Below, one piece after another: positions 37,181 through 47,090 of a stretch of 64,000 nucleotides of DNA. Each line of letters starts with the position of its first letter. Position 1 is the stretch's first letter. The DNA comes from Sphingobacteriaceae bacterium (GTDB lineage Bacteria > Bacillota > Sulfobacillia > Thermaerobacterales > RSA17): positions 12,308 through 76,307 of the forward strand of contig DATGRI010000020.1 of the NCBI GenBank assembly GCA_035303785.1. Direction: 5' to 3'. The notes beneath the pieces are model-generated. The model was given only the letters and a program-made list of their open reading frames with translations, made no database searches and was not told the origin of the DNA. A program made the translations under genes and the position numbers.

Positions 37181-37217
37181 CGGGCCGTCCCAACGGTCCT
37201 TCCTCCCGCCTTCGCCC

Positions 37218-38243
37218 ATGGGACGCCATTGGATCCGCTGGCCGGCCTACGGCCTCCTGGCCGCAGCCCTCGTAGGGCTGGTCTACTACCTGCGGGTAGT
37301 ACTGCTGCCTTTCTTCCTTTCCCTGATCTTGGCCTACATGCTGGAGCCCCTGGTTTCCCGCCTCACCCGGCGGGGCCTGGGGCGCGCCGGGGCCATCCTG
37401 GCGGTTTACGCCGTCCTGGCCCTGTTGGCAGCGGTGGTCATCGCCTTCGTGATCCCCCAACTGCTGGCGGAACTCCATCAGCTGGCCGGCGAAATTCCCC
37501 GCCACACCCGGGCATTGCAGAACCGGCTGCGGGAAGTACAGGCCGGCTACCACCGGCTTCTCCTGCCCGACACGGTGCGCCAGTCCATCGACGACGGCCT
37601 CACCCGGCTGGAGGAGCGGTTCACCTCCCTGGGCACCCAGGTGGTGGAGGCGGCCTTCAACATGATGATGGGGCTCTTCAGCCTGGTGCTGGTGCCCCTG
37701 CTCACCTACTACATGCTAAAGGACGGCGAGCGGTGGAAGGAGCAGTTCATGGCCTGGCTGCCCATCACCGCCCGGCCGGGCTGGCTCAACCTCCTACGGC
37801 GCATCGACCGGGTCCTGGCCGGCTTCGTCCGGGGCGAACTGGTCATCTCCGCCCTCATGGGGGCGGCGGTGGCCCTGCTGGTCTGGGCCTTGGGCATGCC
37901 TTTCGCCGTCCTGCTGGGCATCTTCGCCGGCATCGGCGAATTTGTGCCCTATGTGGGGCCGGTGGTGGGAGCCCTGCCGGCCCTGGCCATAGCCGCCGTC
38001 CAGTCCCCCGGCACCCTGGTTAAGCTCATCATCGGTCTTGTAATCTTGAACCAAGTGGAACAGGCCCTGCTGGTGCCCCGGGTGTTCCACCACAGCACCG
38101 GCCTGCACCCCATCGTCATCGTGTTCGTGCTGCTGGTGGGGGCGCAGTTGCTGGGCCTGCTGGGAGCCATCCTGGCGGTGCCGGCGGCTGCCATCATCAG
38201 AGAGATCATCTGCCACATGCTCCGCTTCCGCCGTCGGACTTGA
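37218..38243 (+). CDS. AI-2E family transporter (PerM/YtvI-like permease)
   Basis: Eight-TM-like 341-aa protein with GIGEFVPYVGPVVGALPA and LLGAILAVP motifs. Confidence 0.75.
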   Translation: MGRHWIRWPAYGLLAAALVGLVYYLRVVLLPFFLSLILAYMLEPLVSRLTRRGLGRAGAILAVYAVLALLAAVVIAFVIPQLLAELHQLAGEIPRHTRALQNRLREVQAGYHRLLLPDTVRQSIDDGLTRLEERFTSLGTQVVEAAFNMMMGLFSLVLVPLLTYYMLKDGERWKEQFMAWLPITARPGWLNLLRRIDRVLAGFVRGELVISALMGAAVALLVWALGMPFAVLLGIFAGIGEFVPYVGPVVGALPALAIAAVQSPGTLVKLIIGLVILNQVEQALLVPRVFHHSTGLHPIVIVFVLLVGAQLLGLLGAILAVPAAAIIREIICHMLRFRRRT

Positions 38244-38266
38244 ATGGTTATGGAGGAAGGATGCCC

Positions 38267-39193
38267 ATGATCAAGCTCAGCCGCCCCATCATCGATTTCC
38301 ACGCCCACTTCCCCGCCGGCCGCTGGCGCAATCCCGCGGAGATGCACCCTGCCCTGGCGGAATACGGCCGGGAGCGGGGCGAGCGGATGCGGAAGGAATG
38401 GGATTTCCCCGAGCCGGAGCCGCCCGCGGAGACGGAGGAGGAGATCGCCGCCAACGCCCACCGCTGGCGGGACGAACTGGACCGGTACGGAATCCAGCGC
38501 ATTGTCTTTGTAACGGGCAAGGGGAACGACGTGCTGGCCTCGGTGGTCAGGCGGCATCCCGACCGGTTTTTCGGCCTGGCCCATCACGACCCGTGCGGGG
38601 AAAACGCCCTGGAGGAACTGCAGCGGGCGGTGGAGGAACTGGGGCTGGTGGGCTACAAGATGTTCGGGCCCGGGTTCGACCGGCCCTTCGAGGACGAATC
38701 CTTGAAGCCCTTGTGGACCTACCTGGCCGACCGGAAACTGCCGGTGCTCATCCATTTCGGCCTTTTGGGCCATGCCGGGGGCATCGTCCACCACCCCCGC
38801 ATCAGCCCTTTGACCTTGTTCAACGTAGCCCGGGAGTACGCCGACATTCCCTTCGTCATTCCCCATTTCGGCTGCGGCTACATGCAGGAACTGCTCCACC
38901 TGTGCTGGAGCTGCCCCAATATCTACGTGGACACGTCGGGCTCCAACCAGTGGATGCGCTGGATGCCCTATGAAATCACCTTGGAATCGGCCTTCCGGAA
39001 GTTTTACGAAACCATCGGGCCCCGGCGGATCATCTTCGGCAGCGACTCCTCCTGGTTTCCCCGGGGCTTTTCCTACCGGTACCTGCAGGACCAGGTGCGG
39101 GTGTGCTACCAGATGAACATGCCCGAGGAGGACATCGGGGCCATCTTCGGCGGCAACGCCGCCCGGCTGCTGGGGCTGGATGTGGAGGGGTGA
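38267..39193 (+). CDS. Amidohydrolase-2 family metal-dependent hydrolase (TIM barrel)
   Basis: Has IIDFHAHFP at the N-terminus, plus VLIHFG and FGSDSSWFP. The ATG at 38267 is 9 nt after GGAGG. Confidence 0.65.
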   Translation: MIKLSRPIIDFHAHFPAGRWRNPAEMHPALAEYGRERGERMRKEWDFPEPEPPAETEEEIAANAHRWRDELDRYGIQRIVFVTGKGNDVLASVVRRHPDRFFGLAHHDPCGENALEELQRAVEELGLVGYKMFGPGFDRPFEDESLKPLWTYLADRKLPVLIHFGLLGHAGGIVHHPRISPLTLFNVAREYADIPFVIPHFGCGYMQELLHLCWSCPNIYVDTSGSNQWMRWMPYEITLESAFRKFYETIGPRRIIFGSDSSWFPRGFSYRYLQDQVRVCYQMNMPEEDIGAIFGGNAARLLGLDVEG

Positions 39194-39197
39194 AGAG

Positions 39198-39713
39198 CTA
39201 GGCCCGGCGGCCGGGGTCTCCTTCCCCTTGGTACTGGCCTTGATAGCCGGGGGCGGCTTCCGCCGGCCAGAGGACCAACTGGCCCAGGCGGGCGCCGGGG
39301 GGAATGTGCATGGCCTGCCACAAAACCAGCAGGCCTTCCCCTTGGCCTTCGTATCCTTGATCCCACAAGGCGGAAAACAGGACGGCGCCGTTGCGGAGCA
39401 GGCTGGAGCGGGGAAACACCTGCCCCACATGGCCCGGGGGGATGGTGATCCGCTCCCGGTACCGCACCACGTAGGCGCCGGGGGCCAGGGGCTCCGCCTG
39501 GGACCAGGGCACTTCCTCCCGGGGACCGGGCACGGTGCCCGTGGGGTCCAGCCGCCCGGGGCCCGTCACCCGGAAGAGGCGCTCGCCCCGCAGGTCCACG
39601 CCGTTGGGCTGGATCTGGCCGGGCTCGCAGGGGGTCACCCACCGGGCTACGAAAGTGCCGGCCCGGGCGCCGGGCAGGCGGGGCTCATCCATTGAAGGCT
39701 GGGGTTCCGTCAT
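39198..39713 (-). CDS. dCTP deaminase/dUTPase superfamily protein
   Basis: Contains PNGVDLR, YVVRYRERITIP, FPRSSLLRNG, LWDQGYEG and GARLGQLV. ATG at 39713 is 9 nt after GGGAGG. The upstream part of the 312-aa track ORF runs antisense through the alaS leader. Confidence 0.65.
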   Translation of the reverse strand: MTEPQPSMDEPRLPGARAGTFVARWVTPCEPGQIQPNGVDLRGERLFRVTGPGRLDPTGTVPGPREEVPWSQAEPLAPGAYVVRYRERITIPPGHVGQVFPRSSLLRNGAVLFSALWDQGYEGQGEGLLVLWQAMHIPPGARLGQLVLWPAEAAPGYQGQYQGEGDPGRRA

Positions 39714-39800
39714 GTGGGGATGCCTCCCGTCCAAACTGCCTCCATGATAGCACGCGTGCCCGGCCCGGCTGGGCTGCACCGCCTGCTGCGGTGATTTTCC

Positions 39801-39828
39801 CTTGCTCCCCGAAAGTTTCTTTGTATAA
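39801..39828 (+). promoter_or_regulatory. Sigma-A-type promoter of the alaS T-box leader
   Basis: TTGCTC (39801-39806), 16-nt spacer, TATAAT (39823-39828). Confidence 0.5.
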
Positions 39829-39834
39829 TATTGG

Positions 39835-40118
39835 GGCAATAATAGGACAAAGTTTTTGTGGTAATGACGGGCACGAAGCCGGTGTCCCGGCCGACTAGAG
39901 AGGAGCCCCTTGGGCTGGAAGGGCTCCCGGACCGCCGCCGGCAAGCCAGCCCCGAACCTGTCGACGCAAGGTGCCTGCGGGCACCCGGAGTCGACCGCGG
40001 GACGCGCGATACAGCGTCGGCGGCCGCCTCGGGCGGTCCCTGAGGCTGCGGCTGCAAGGCCGCGGCGAAAATGGGTGGTACCACGATCCTCTCGTCCCAT
40101 GGGGCGGGAGGTTTTTTG
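39835..40118 (+). promoter_or_regulatory. T-box leader (tRNA-Ala-responsive riboswitch) of alaS
   Basis: Stem-I AGAGA element (ctagagaggag). A candidate GCC specifier lies in ggcaaGCCagcc. Conserved T-box sequence is aaaATGGGTGGTACCACG (40067-40085). A terminator hairpin with a U6 run follows. Confidence 0.75.
40088..40117 (+). terminator. Intrinsic terminator of the alaS T-box leader
   Basis: cctctcgtcc(c)…(g)ggcgggagg forms a ~10-11-bp stem including two G-U pairs, followed by TTTTTT. Confidence 0.75.
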
Positions 40119-40174
40119 ATTTCCAAGCGAATTCACAGGTCTTTGCCTGGCCCACAGGCGATGGAGGTGTTTCC

Positions 40175-42853
40175 ATGTTGTCCTTGGAGCCGTTGTCCGG
40201 CGCTGAGATTCGCCGGCGGTTCTTGAACTATTTTGCTGAACGGGGCCACGAGATCGTGCAGAGCAGCAGCCTGGTGCCCCACGACGACCCCACTTTGCTC
40301 TTCACCAATGCCGGCATGGTGCAGTTCAAGGATGTGTTCACCGGCCGCCAGACGGTGTCCTACAAGCGGGCGGCCAGCGTGCAGAAGTGCGTCCGGGCCG
40401 GGGGCAAGCACAACGACTTGGAAAACGTGGGCAAGACGGCCCGGCACCATACCTTTTTTGAAATGCTGGGGAACTTCTCCTTCGGCGATTACTTCAAGCG
40501 GGAAGCCATTCAGTTCGCCTGGGAGTTCCTGACCAAGCACCTGGGACTCCCGGGGGACCGCCTCTGGGCCACGGTGTTCCGGGAAGACGATGAGGCCCGG
40601 CAGTTGTGGCTGGAGGAAAGCGACATCCCGGCGGAGCGCATCGTGGGCATGGGCGAGGAAGACAACTTCTGGGCCATGGGTGACACGGGCCCCTGCGGCC
40701 CCTGCTCCGAGGTCATCATCGACCGGGGCGAGGAGTACAGCTGCGGCCGGCCCGACTGCGCCCTGGACACCTGCGGCTGCGACCGCTGGCTGGAGCTGTG
40801 GAACCTGGTCTTCATGCAGTTCGAGCGGGATGCCGCCGGCCACATGAAGCCCCTGCCCAAGCCCTCCATCGACACGGGCATGGGTCTGGAGCGGCTGGCC
40901 GCGGTGCTGCAGGGGGTGTCCAGCAACTTCGAAACGGACCTGCTGTGGCCCCTCATCGAGGCCGCGTCCGAAATGACGGGACATGCCTACGACCGGGGCG
41001 AAGGGGGCTTCCCCCTGCGGGTCATCGCCGACCACGTGAAGGCGGGAACCTTCCTCATCGCCGACGGCGTCATGCCCAGCAACGAGTTCCGGGGCTACGT
41101 ACTGCGGCGCATTTTGCGCCGGGCCATCCGCTTCGGCAAGATGCTGGGCCAGGAGCAGCCCTTCCTTTACCGCTTGGTGCCCGTGGTGGGGCAGATCATG
41201 GGGGAGGCCTATCCCGAAGTGGTGGAACGGGCCGACTTCGTGGCCCAGGTCATCGAGCAGGAAGAGAGCCGGTTCCATCGCACCCTGCACCAAGGAACGG
41301 AGATCTTGTCCGAGATCATGGAGGGGGCCCGGCAGGAAGGGCGGCAGCAGATTGCCGGGGACGAAGCCTTCCTGCTGTACGACACCTACGGGTTCCCCCT
41401 GGACCTGCTGCTGGACGCCGCCGAAGAAGCGGGCATGACGGTGGACCAGGAAGGCTTTGAGGCGGCCATGGTGGAGCAGCGGGAGCGGGCCCGCCAGGCC
41501 CGACAGGCCGCCGGCATCCCCACGGGCGGCGGGGAGGAGGCGGTGGCGGAACTGCCGGCCACCCGCTTCCTGGATTGCAGCGCCCTGCAGGGTTCGGCCC
41601 AGGTCCTGGCCATCGTGGTGGACGGCCGGCTGCGGCAGGAACTGACCCCCGACGACGGCACCGCTGCCGTCATCCTGGACCAGACGCCCTTCTACGCCGA
41701 GGCCGGCGGCCAGGTGGGCGACCAGGGAGCCATAACCGCCGGCGGCGCCGGTGTCTTCAACGTGACCGACACCCAGCGGGCGCCGGGCGGGCAGGTTTTC
41801 CACTGGGGCGAGATGTCGTCCGGCGTGCTGAAGGTGGGCGACACGGTGGCAGCCCAGGTGGATGTGGAGCGGCGCCGGGCCATCGAGCGGAACCACACCG
41901 CCACCCACCTCCTCCACCGGGCCCTGAAGGACGTGCTGGGGGAGCAGGTGAACCAGGCGGGCTCCTTGGTGGCCCCCGACCGCCTGCGCTTCGACTTCAC
42001 CCATTTCGCCCCCCTCAGCCGGGAAGAACTGCAGCAGGTGGAGGACATCGTCAACGAGCAGATCTTGCTGGGCCTGCCGGTGACGGCCACCATCACCACC
42101 CTGGCCGAAGCCCGGCGCCGGGGCGCCATGGCCCTCTTCGGCGAGAAGTACGGCGAAGAGGTGCGGATGGTGCAGATCGGCTCCTACAGCCTGGAATTGT
42201 GCGGCGGCTGCCATGTGCCCAACAGCGCCCACGTGGGGCTGTTCAAGTTCACCAGCTCCGGCGGCGTGGCCGCCGGGGTGCGCCGGGTGGAGGCGGTGAC
42301 GGGCGAGCAGGCCCTGGCCCACGTGCGGTCCCTGGAGGACGCCGTGGCGGCGGCGGCCCAGGAACTGCGCTGCGGCCCCGAAGAACTGCCCGCCCGGGTC
42401 AACGCCCTGCTGGAGCGCCAGCGGGAACTGGAGCGGGAGCTGCAGGCGTGGGCCGCCCGGAGCGCCCGGCAGCAGGCCTCGGAACTGCTGGCCCAGGCCG
42501 TCACCATCGCCGGTGTGCCGGTGGTCACGGGCCAGGTGCAGGTGGCCGACCAGGAAGCCCTGCGGCAGTTGGGCGACCAGATTCGCCGGGAGTTGTCCAG
42601 CGGCGTCATCCTCCTGGGGGCCCAGATCAACGGCCGCGCCCAGTTCGTGGCCATGGTGACCCCCGACCTGGTGGAACGGGGGCTCCACGCCGGCAACCTG
42701 GTCCGGGAGGTAGCCACCCAGGCGGGCGGCGGCGGGGGCGGCCGCCCCGAAATGGCCCAGGCCGGCGGCCGGGACGGCGGCGCGGTGCCGGCGGCCCTGG
42801 CCCACGGGCGCCGCTGGCTGGAGGAGCAGGTGCCGGGCCTGGTGGAGGTGTAG
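40175..42853 (+). CDS. alaS: Alanine--tRNA ligase
   Basis: Contains [43 protein letters not shown], the editing-domain HTATHLL and CGGCH, and a C-terminal DHHA1 domain. The ATG follows GGAGG. Confidence 0.95.
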   Translation: MLSLEPLSGAEIRRRFLNYFAERGHEIVQSSSLVPHDDPTLLFTNAGMVQFKDVFTGRQTVSYKRAASVQKCVRAGGKHNDLENVGKTARHHTFFEMLGNFSFGDYFKREAIQFAWEFLTKHLGLPGDRLWATVFREDDEARQLWLEESDIPAERIVGMGEEDNFWAMGDTGPCGPCSEVIIDRGEEYSCGRPDCALDTCGCDRWLELWNLVFMQFERDAAGHMKPLPKPSIDTGMGLERLAAVLQGVSSNFETDLLWPLIEAASEMTGHAYDRGEGGFPLRVIADHVKAGTFLIADGVMPSNEFRGYVLRRILRRAIRFGKMLGQEQPFLYRLVPVVGQIMGEAYPEVVERADFVAQVIEQEESRFHRTLHQGTEILSEIMEGARQEGRQQIAGDEAFLLYDTYGFPLDLLLDAAEEAGMTVDQEGFEAAMVEQRERARQARQAAGIPTGGGEEAVAELPATRFLDCSALQGSAQVLAIVVDGRLRQELTPDDGTAAVILDQTPFYAEAGGQVGDQGAITAGGAGVFNVTDTQRAPGGQVFHWGEMSSGVLKVGDTVAAQVDVERRRAIERNHTATHLLHRALKDVLGEQVNQAGSLVAPDRLRFDFTHFAPLSREELQQVEDIVNEQILLGLPVTATITTLAEARRRGAMALFGEKYGEEVRMVQIGSYSLELCGGCHVPNSAHVGLFKFTSSGGVAAGVRRVEAVTGEQALAHVRSLEDAVAAAAQELRCGPEELPARVNALLERQRELERELQAWAARSARQQASELLAQAVTIAGVPVVTGQVQVADQEALRQLGDQIRRELSSGVILLGAQINGRAQFVAMVTPDLVERGLHAGNLVREVATQAGGGGGGRPEMAQAGGRDGGAVPAALAHGRRWLEEQVPGLVEV

Positions 42854-42921
42854 AGCCGCCTCGGCCGGGAACCTGGACGCCCGGTAGGGGTATAATGGGA
42901 AAGGCCGAGGGGGTGGGCTCC

Positions 42922-43224
42922 ATGACCACGGAAGCTGAAGGGGCGCAGCCGGCAGACGGGGCCTCCGGGACGACTTTCCTGAGGCCCGTTCCCCCTTTGC
43001 CCCGGGATGAGCTGCAGGGACCGGGGCAGGTTCTGGCCCGGGTCTACAGCCTGCTGGCCGAAGGGGGCTACAACCCGCTGGACCAGCTGGTGGGATATCT
43101 GCTGTCGGGCGACCCCGCCTACATCACCAATTACGGGGATGCCCGCAGCATCATCCGCCGGGTGGGGCGGGACGAGCTTTTGGAAGAATTGGTGAGGAAC
43201 TTCCTCGCTGAGGACAAGTCTTGA
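42922..43224 (+). CDS. IreB-family regulatory phosphoprotein (UPF0297/DUF965)
   Basis: Contains [59 protein letters not shown]. The ATG is 8 nt after GAGGGGG. Confidence 0.7.
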   Translation: MTTEAEGAQPADGASGTTFLRPVPPLPRDELQGPGQVLARVYSLLAEGGYNPLDQLVGYLLSGDPAYITNYGDARSIIRRVGRDELLEELVRNFLAEDKS

Positions 43225-43916
43225 TTCCCCTGCGCGACAGCATTCGCTCCCGGCGCTTCCCGGTGGTGACCACGGCCCTGCTGGCGGCCAACGTGCTGGT
43301 GTTCTTGTATGAGCTGTCCTTGGAACCCTCCGGCCTGATCCGCTTCTTCCATACATACGGTGTGGTGCCCCGGCAGGTGGGCGGCATCGGGTCCGTGGTG
43401 TCCGCCCTTCTGACGGGCGACTGGGGCCGGCTGCTGCCCTTGGTGACGGCCGCCTTCATCCACGGCGGCTGGTTCCACCTCATCAGCAACATGTGGTATT
43501 TATGGGTCTTCGCCGACAACATCGAAGACCGCCTGGGCCCCGTACGCTTCCTCCTCTTTTTCCTGCTGGCGGCCGTTTTGGGCAACTACAGCCAGGTCAT
43601 CGTGGACCCCCGGTCCGAGATCCCCCTGGTGGGGGCCAGCGGCGCCGTGGCCGGCGTCCTGGGGGCCTATCTGGTCCAGTTTCCCCGGGCCCGGGTGCTG
43701 GCCTTGGTGCCCTTAGGCTTCTTCATCACCGTGACGGAAGTGCCGGCCGTGGTGTTTCTATTCCTCTGGTTCCTGCTGCAGCTGTTCAGCGGCGTGGCCT
43801 CCCTGGGCGTGCCCGCCATGGGCGGCGTGGCCTGGTGGGCCCACGTGGGCGGCTTCCTGGCCGGCGCCCTCCTGCTGCGGCTCCTGCGGGGCCGCGAGCC
43901 CCGCTACTACTACTAG
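43221..43916 (+). CDS. Rhomboid-family intramembrane serine protease
   Basis: Contains [17 protein letters not shown], catalytic [13 protein letters not shown] and AHVGGFLAG. Confidence 0.8.
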   Translation: MIPLRDSIRSRRFPVVTTALLAANVLVFLYELSLEPSGLIRFFHTYGVVPRQVGGIGSVVSALLTGDWGRLLPLVTAAFIHGGWFHLISNMWYLWVFADNIEDRLGPVRFLLFFLLAAVLGNYSQVIVDPRSEIPLVGASGAVAGVLGAYLVQFPRARVLALVPLGFFITVTEVPAVVFLFLWFLLQLFSGVASLGVPAMGGVAWWAHVGGFLAGALLLRLLRGREPRYYY

Positions 43917-43927
43917 GGGTGGACGCC

Positions 43928-44389
43928 ATGGGGATCATCGTCGGGCTGGACGTGGGCCGGCGGCGCATCGGGGTGGCCGCCAGCGACGAGTTGGGGTTGA
44001 CGGCCCAGCCGGTGAAGGTGCTGACCCGGGTGGCCCGGGAGAAGGATCTGGATGCCGTGGCCCAACTGTGCCGGGAGCTTAAGGCGGAGCAGGTGGTGGT
44101 GGGCATGCCCTACCGGCTGGACGGCACCATGGGACCCCAGGCGGAGATGGTGGCCGCCTTCGTCCGGCGTCTCCAGGAACGGCTGGACATACCCGTCATA
44201 ACCTGGGATGAAAGGTTGTCCACGGCCGCCGCCCGGCAGGTGCTACTGGAGGCCGACGCCAGCCGGCGCCGCCGGCGGCAGGTCATCGACAAGATGGCCG
44301 CCGCCGTGATCCTGCAAAGCTTTCTGGACCACCGGCGCCTCGGTTCCCAAGACTCCACGCCGGGTTCGGAGGCACCCCAGGGGTGTTAA
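43928..44389 (+). CDS. ruvX: Putative pre-16S rRNA nuclease / Holliday junction resolvase-like RuvX (YqgF)
   Basis: Contains MGIIVGLDVGRRRIGVAASD, VVVGMPYRLDGT and WDERLST. Confidence 0.85.
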   Translation: MGIIVGLDVGRRRIGVAASDELGLTAQPVKVLTRVAREKDLDAVAQLCRELKAEQVVVGMPYRLDGTMGPQAEMVAAFVRRLQERLDIPVITWDERLSTAAARQVLLEADASRRRRRQVIDKMAAAVILQSFLDHRRLGSQDSTPGSEAPQGC

Positions 44390-44396
44390 AACCGCG

Positions 44397-44425
44397 TTGA
44401 CCTGGGAATGATGTGTCTATAGAAT
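44397..44425 (+). promoter_or_regulatory. Sigma-A-type promoter upstream of the DUF1292 gene
   Basis: TTGACC (44397-44402), 17-nt spacer, TAGAAT (44420-44425). Confidence 0.45.
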
Positions 44426-44459
44426 TGTAGCCAACTTGTGGGAACTGGGGGGACGATTA

Positions 44460-44837
44460 TTGGAAGATCTTGAGACGGTGGTCTTCCGGGATGAAAACGG
44501 TGACGAGATAGAGTTTCAAGTTCTCGACTATATCGAGGTGGACGGCCAGGAGTACGTCATCGTCGCCATGCCCGATGATGATGACGAGGCCTTCATCCTC
44601 CGGGTGGAGACGGGGGAGGACGGCACCGAAACCTATGTCACCATCGAAGACGACGATGAATGGGATACGGTGGCCGAGGCCTACGAAGAACTGCTGGAGC
44701 AGGAAGACGAATGGGATGATCTGGACGACGATGACGACCTGCTGGACTTGGACGACGACGATGATGACGATGACGACTTCGACGACGTAGACGATGAAGA
44801 CGGGTCTTTCTCTGAGGACGGCCGCCGGCGAGAGTAG
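44460..44837 (+). CDS. DUF1292 family protein with an extended poly-Asp C-terminal tail
   Basis: Contains VVFRDENGDEIEFQVLDYIEVDGQEYVIV. TTG at 44460 is 6 nt after GGGGGGA; the track start is at 44436. The tail is DEWDDLDDDDDLLDLDDDDDDDDDFDDVDDED. Confidence 0.7.
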   Translation: MEDLETVVFRDENGDEIEFQVLDYIEVDGQEYVIVAMPDDDDEAFILRVETGEDGTETYVTIEDDDEWDTVAEAYEELLEQEDEWDDLDDDDDLLDLDDDDDDDDDFDDVDDEDGSFSEDGRRRE

Positions 44838-44845
44838 CCTGGCCC

Positions 44846-45934
44846 ATGGCTGAGGTCATGCGGGAGAGGCGTCTCCGGCGACAAAAGGGGCGCAGGAGGC
44901 TGGCCCTGACCGTCGCTGGGACGTTGCTGGCGGTCGCTTTTATTTTTCTCGGCACCGGCCTTTACTGGTACGAGGCCAACCTGCAGCCCGTGGCCCCCGG
45001 CAGCGGGGAGGAGCAGTTGATCACCATTCCCCCCGGCGCCCACAGCCGCCGCATCGCCGAACTGCTCCACGAACACGGGCTCATCAAGGATCCCTTGGTT
45101 TTTCGCATGCTGGTCCGCTTTCAGGACTTGGACGGCCGGCTGCAGGCCGGGCAGTACTCCTTGGGTCCCGGTCTTTCCCTGCAGGAGATCGTAGACAAAT
45201 TGGCTTCCGGCGACGTAGCCCTGTACTCCGTCACCGTGCCGGAGGGCCTCACCGTGGCCCAGACCATCGCCCTTCTGGCGGAAGGGGGCGTGGCCACCCG
45301 GGAGGAATTGGCCGCCGCCGTGGCCGAGGCGGCCCAGGGCTGGCCTTTCCTGCCCGACGGCCCGGCCCGGCTGCACCAGCCCTTAGAAGGATATTTGTTC
45401 CCCGATACCTACCGGCTGCCCTACGATGCGGGAGCTGCCGACATGGTCGCCATGATGCTGCGCCGGTTCGAGGAAGTGTTCAGCCCGGCGTGGCGGGAGC
45501 GGGCCCGGGAACTGGGCTTGACGGTGCATGAGGTGGTGACCCTGGCATCCATCGTGGAGCGGGAGGCCCAGGTGCCCGAGGAGCGTCCCGTCATCGCTGC
45601 CGTGTTCCACAACCGCCTGCGCATCGGCATGAAGCTGGACGCCGACCCCACGGTCATCTACGCCGTGGCCTGGGACCGGGAGGCCACGGACCCGTATATC
45701 TTGACCCGCAGCGAGCTGCGTACCGACTCGCCGTACAACACCTACGTGTACGGGGGCCTGCCGCCGGGCCCCATCGCCAGCCCGGGGGCCGCCGCCATTG
45801 AGGCGGTGCTGTATCCCGCCAACGTGGACTACCTCTATTTCGTATCCAAGTTCGACGGCACCGGCGCCCACGTCTTTGCCCGGACCTATCAGGAGCACCT
45901 GCGGAACGTGGCCAAGTACCGGGACGGCCGGTGA
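44846..45934 (+). CDS. mltG: Endolytic murein transglycosylase MltG (YceG-like)
   Basis: N-terminal TM segment, plus EGYLFPDTY, LASIVEREA, LDADPTVIY, SPYNTY and GLPPGPIASPG. Confidence 0.85.
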   Translation: MAEVMRERRLRRQKGRRRLALTVAGTLLAVAFIFLGTGLYWYEANLQPVAPGSGEEQLITIPPGAHSRRIAELLHEHGLIKDPLVFRMLVRFQDLDGRLQAGQYSLGPGLSLQEIVDKLASGDVALYSVTVPEGLTVAQTIALLAEGGVATREELAAAVAEAAQGWPFLPDGPARLHQPLEGYLFPDTYRLPYDAGAADMVAMMLRRFEEVFSPAWRERARELGLTVHEVVTLASIVEREAQVPEERPVIAAVFHNRLRIGMKLDADPTVIYAVAWDREATDPYILTRSELRTDSPYNTYVYGGLPPGPIASPGAAAIEAVLYPANVDYLYFVSKFDGTGAHVFARTYQEHLRNVAKYRDGR

Positions 45935-45963
45935 CAGGATCGGGTATGGGGTCGCGGCCCTGC

Positions 45964-47061
45964 TTACTCCACCTGGGCGGTAAACTGACCCCCGCCGAAG
46001 GTGGTGCCCTGCCCGACGTGGACATAAGTGCCCAGGGCCAGAAGGGAGCTGAAGGGCTGCCAGGGCCCCTGGTAGTAGACGCTGCCGGTGAAGCCCGACC
46101 GGTACATGACCCGGCTGGGTGAGCGGCCCCATCGGGACCACCGCAGGTCGTGGTCCACCAACTGCACCTTGGCCGCCTCCTCCATGAGGCGGTGCCAATC
46201 TATGGTCAGGGACCGGCCGGCGTACCAGGCCGACAGAGCCGCTGTCCGGCGCAGCAGATGTCGGACCAGCCAGGAGAACTGGGGCGGGCGGGTCAAGTAG
46301 CGGCCCCGGCGCTTCAGCCGGGTGCGGGTCTTGAAGTGGAGCCGCAGGATTCCCCGTTCCCCGGCTGGAGTTTTGCCTTGTACCTTGGGCGGGGCCACCG
46401 CCAGGGTGTTTCCCCATATGATCATGTGGGGCGGCACCGTGGCCAGGGGCCGGCTCGAATCGGCCGCCGGCGCCGGCAGGTTTTGCCCGTGGATGGGGCT
46501 CAGGTCCAGGGGCATCTTCCCTTGGGGGTGGACCAGCATGGCCTGCTGCAACTCCCAGCTCCCCTGGACGCCCCACAGCCCGCAGCATTGGTCCCGGCCC
46601 GGGCACCGGCCCGACAGGGTGCGAAGGATGTATTTCAAGTACTTCCAGCCGGTGCCGACTACGATGAGATCCCACGTGGTGCGCAAAGCGGTGTCGACCC
46701 CTTCGCCCGCCGGGCCGGGCCGGAAGATGACCGGCCGGGGCGCCGGCCGCCCACGGGACCCCATGGAGGCGGCGGGCAGCAAGATGCGGGTGTAGGGACA
46801 GTTTTCGGCCAAGACGCATTTGAAACAGCTGAGCGAAGGTGAAAAGGCGCAAATGCTGTTTTTCAGGGCGGCGGACAAGTTACGGCGCACCGTGTAGGGC
46901 CGGCGCCTCGACTTGAGCTGCGTCCGCCCGGCCTTCAAATGCAGGCGCACGTTGAGCAACGTAATGTGATCCAAGGACGGGATGGGAAAGCCTTCGGCCA
47001 ACCCCTTTCCACCCCCCGACAAGCCGCTGTGGCCACCATGATAGGGCAGCCGCCCCGTCAT
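45964..47061 (-). CDS. Orphan Cas6/RAMP-like protein (resembles the DUF2276/Cas6 C-terminal-type family) with a Cys4 cluster
   Basis: The layout resembles Cas6-family RAMPs as I recall them. N-terminal part has VRRNLSAALKNSIC followed by C71-X7-C79-X2-C82-X5-C88-PY. Middle part is LRLHFKTRTRLKRRG…FSWLVRHLLRRTAALSAWY. The C-terminal Gly-rich loop is HVGQGTTFGGGQF. This frame has ordinary composition, unlike the two overlapping track ORFs. Confidence 0.55.
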   Translation of the reverse strand: MTGRLPYHGGHSGLSGGGKGLAEGFPIPSLDHITLLNVRLHLKAGRTQLKSRRRPYTVRRNLSAALKNSICAFSPSLSCFKCVLAENCPYTRILLPAASMGSRGRPAPRPVIFRPGPAGEGVDTALRTTWDLIVVGTGWKYLKYILRTLSGRCPGRDQCCGLWGVQGSWELQQAMLVHPQGKMPLDLSPIHGQNLPAPAADSSRPLATVPPHMIIWGNTLAVAPPKVQGKTPAGERGILRLHFKTRTRLKRRGRYLTRPPQFSWLVRHLLRRTAALSAWYAGRSLTIDWHRLMEEAAKVQLVDHDLRWSRWGRSPSRVMYRSGFTGSVYYQGPWQPFSSLLALGTYVHVGQGTTFGGGQFTAQVE

Positions 47062-47090
47062 CCATTGACGGGAATGAATGTTCTGTTGAT

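Noticed and set aside
42891-42896. TATAAT immediately upstream of the IreB-like gene (and at 55002-55007 before yqeG) as promoters of leaderless mRNAs
   Set aside because: There is no acceptable -35 or TGn element at the right spacing, and RBS-supported start codons lie further downstream. This is too weak to call.
45383-46852. 489-aa minus ORF and 230-aa plus ORF (46150-46842) overlapping the Cas6-like gene
   Set aside because: Their translations are P/G/R/A-rich and motif-free. The 45964-47061 frame has balanced composition and family-like motifs.
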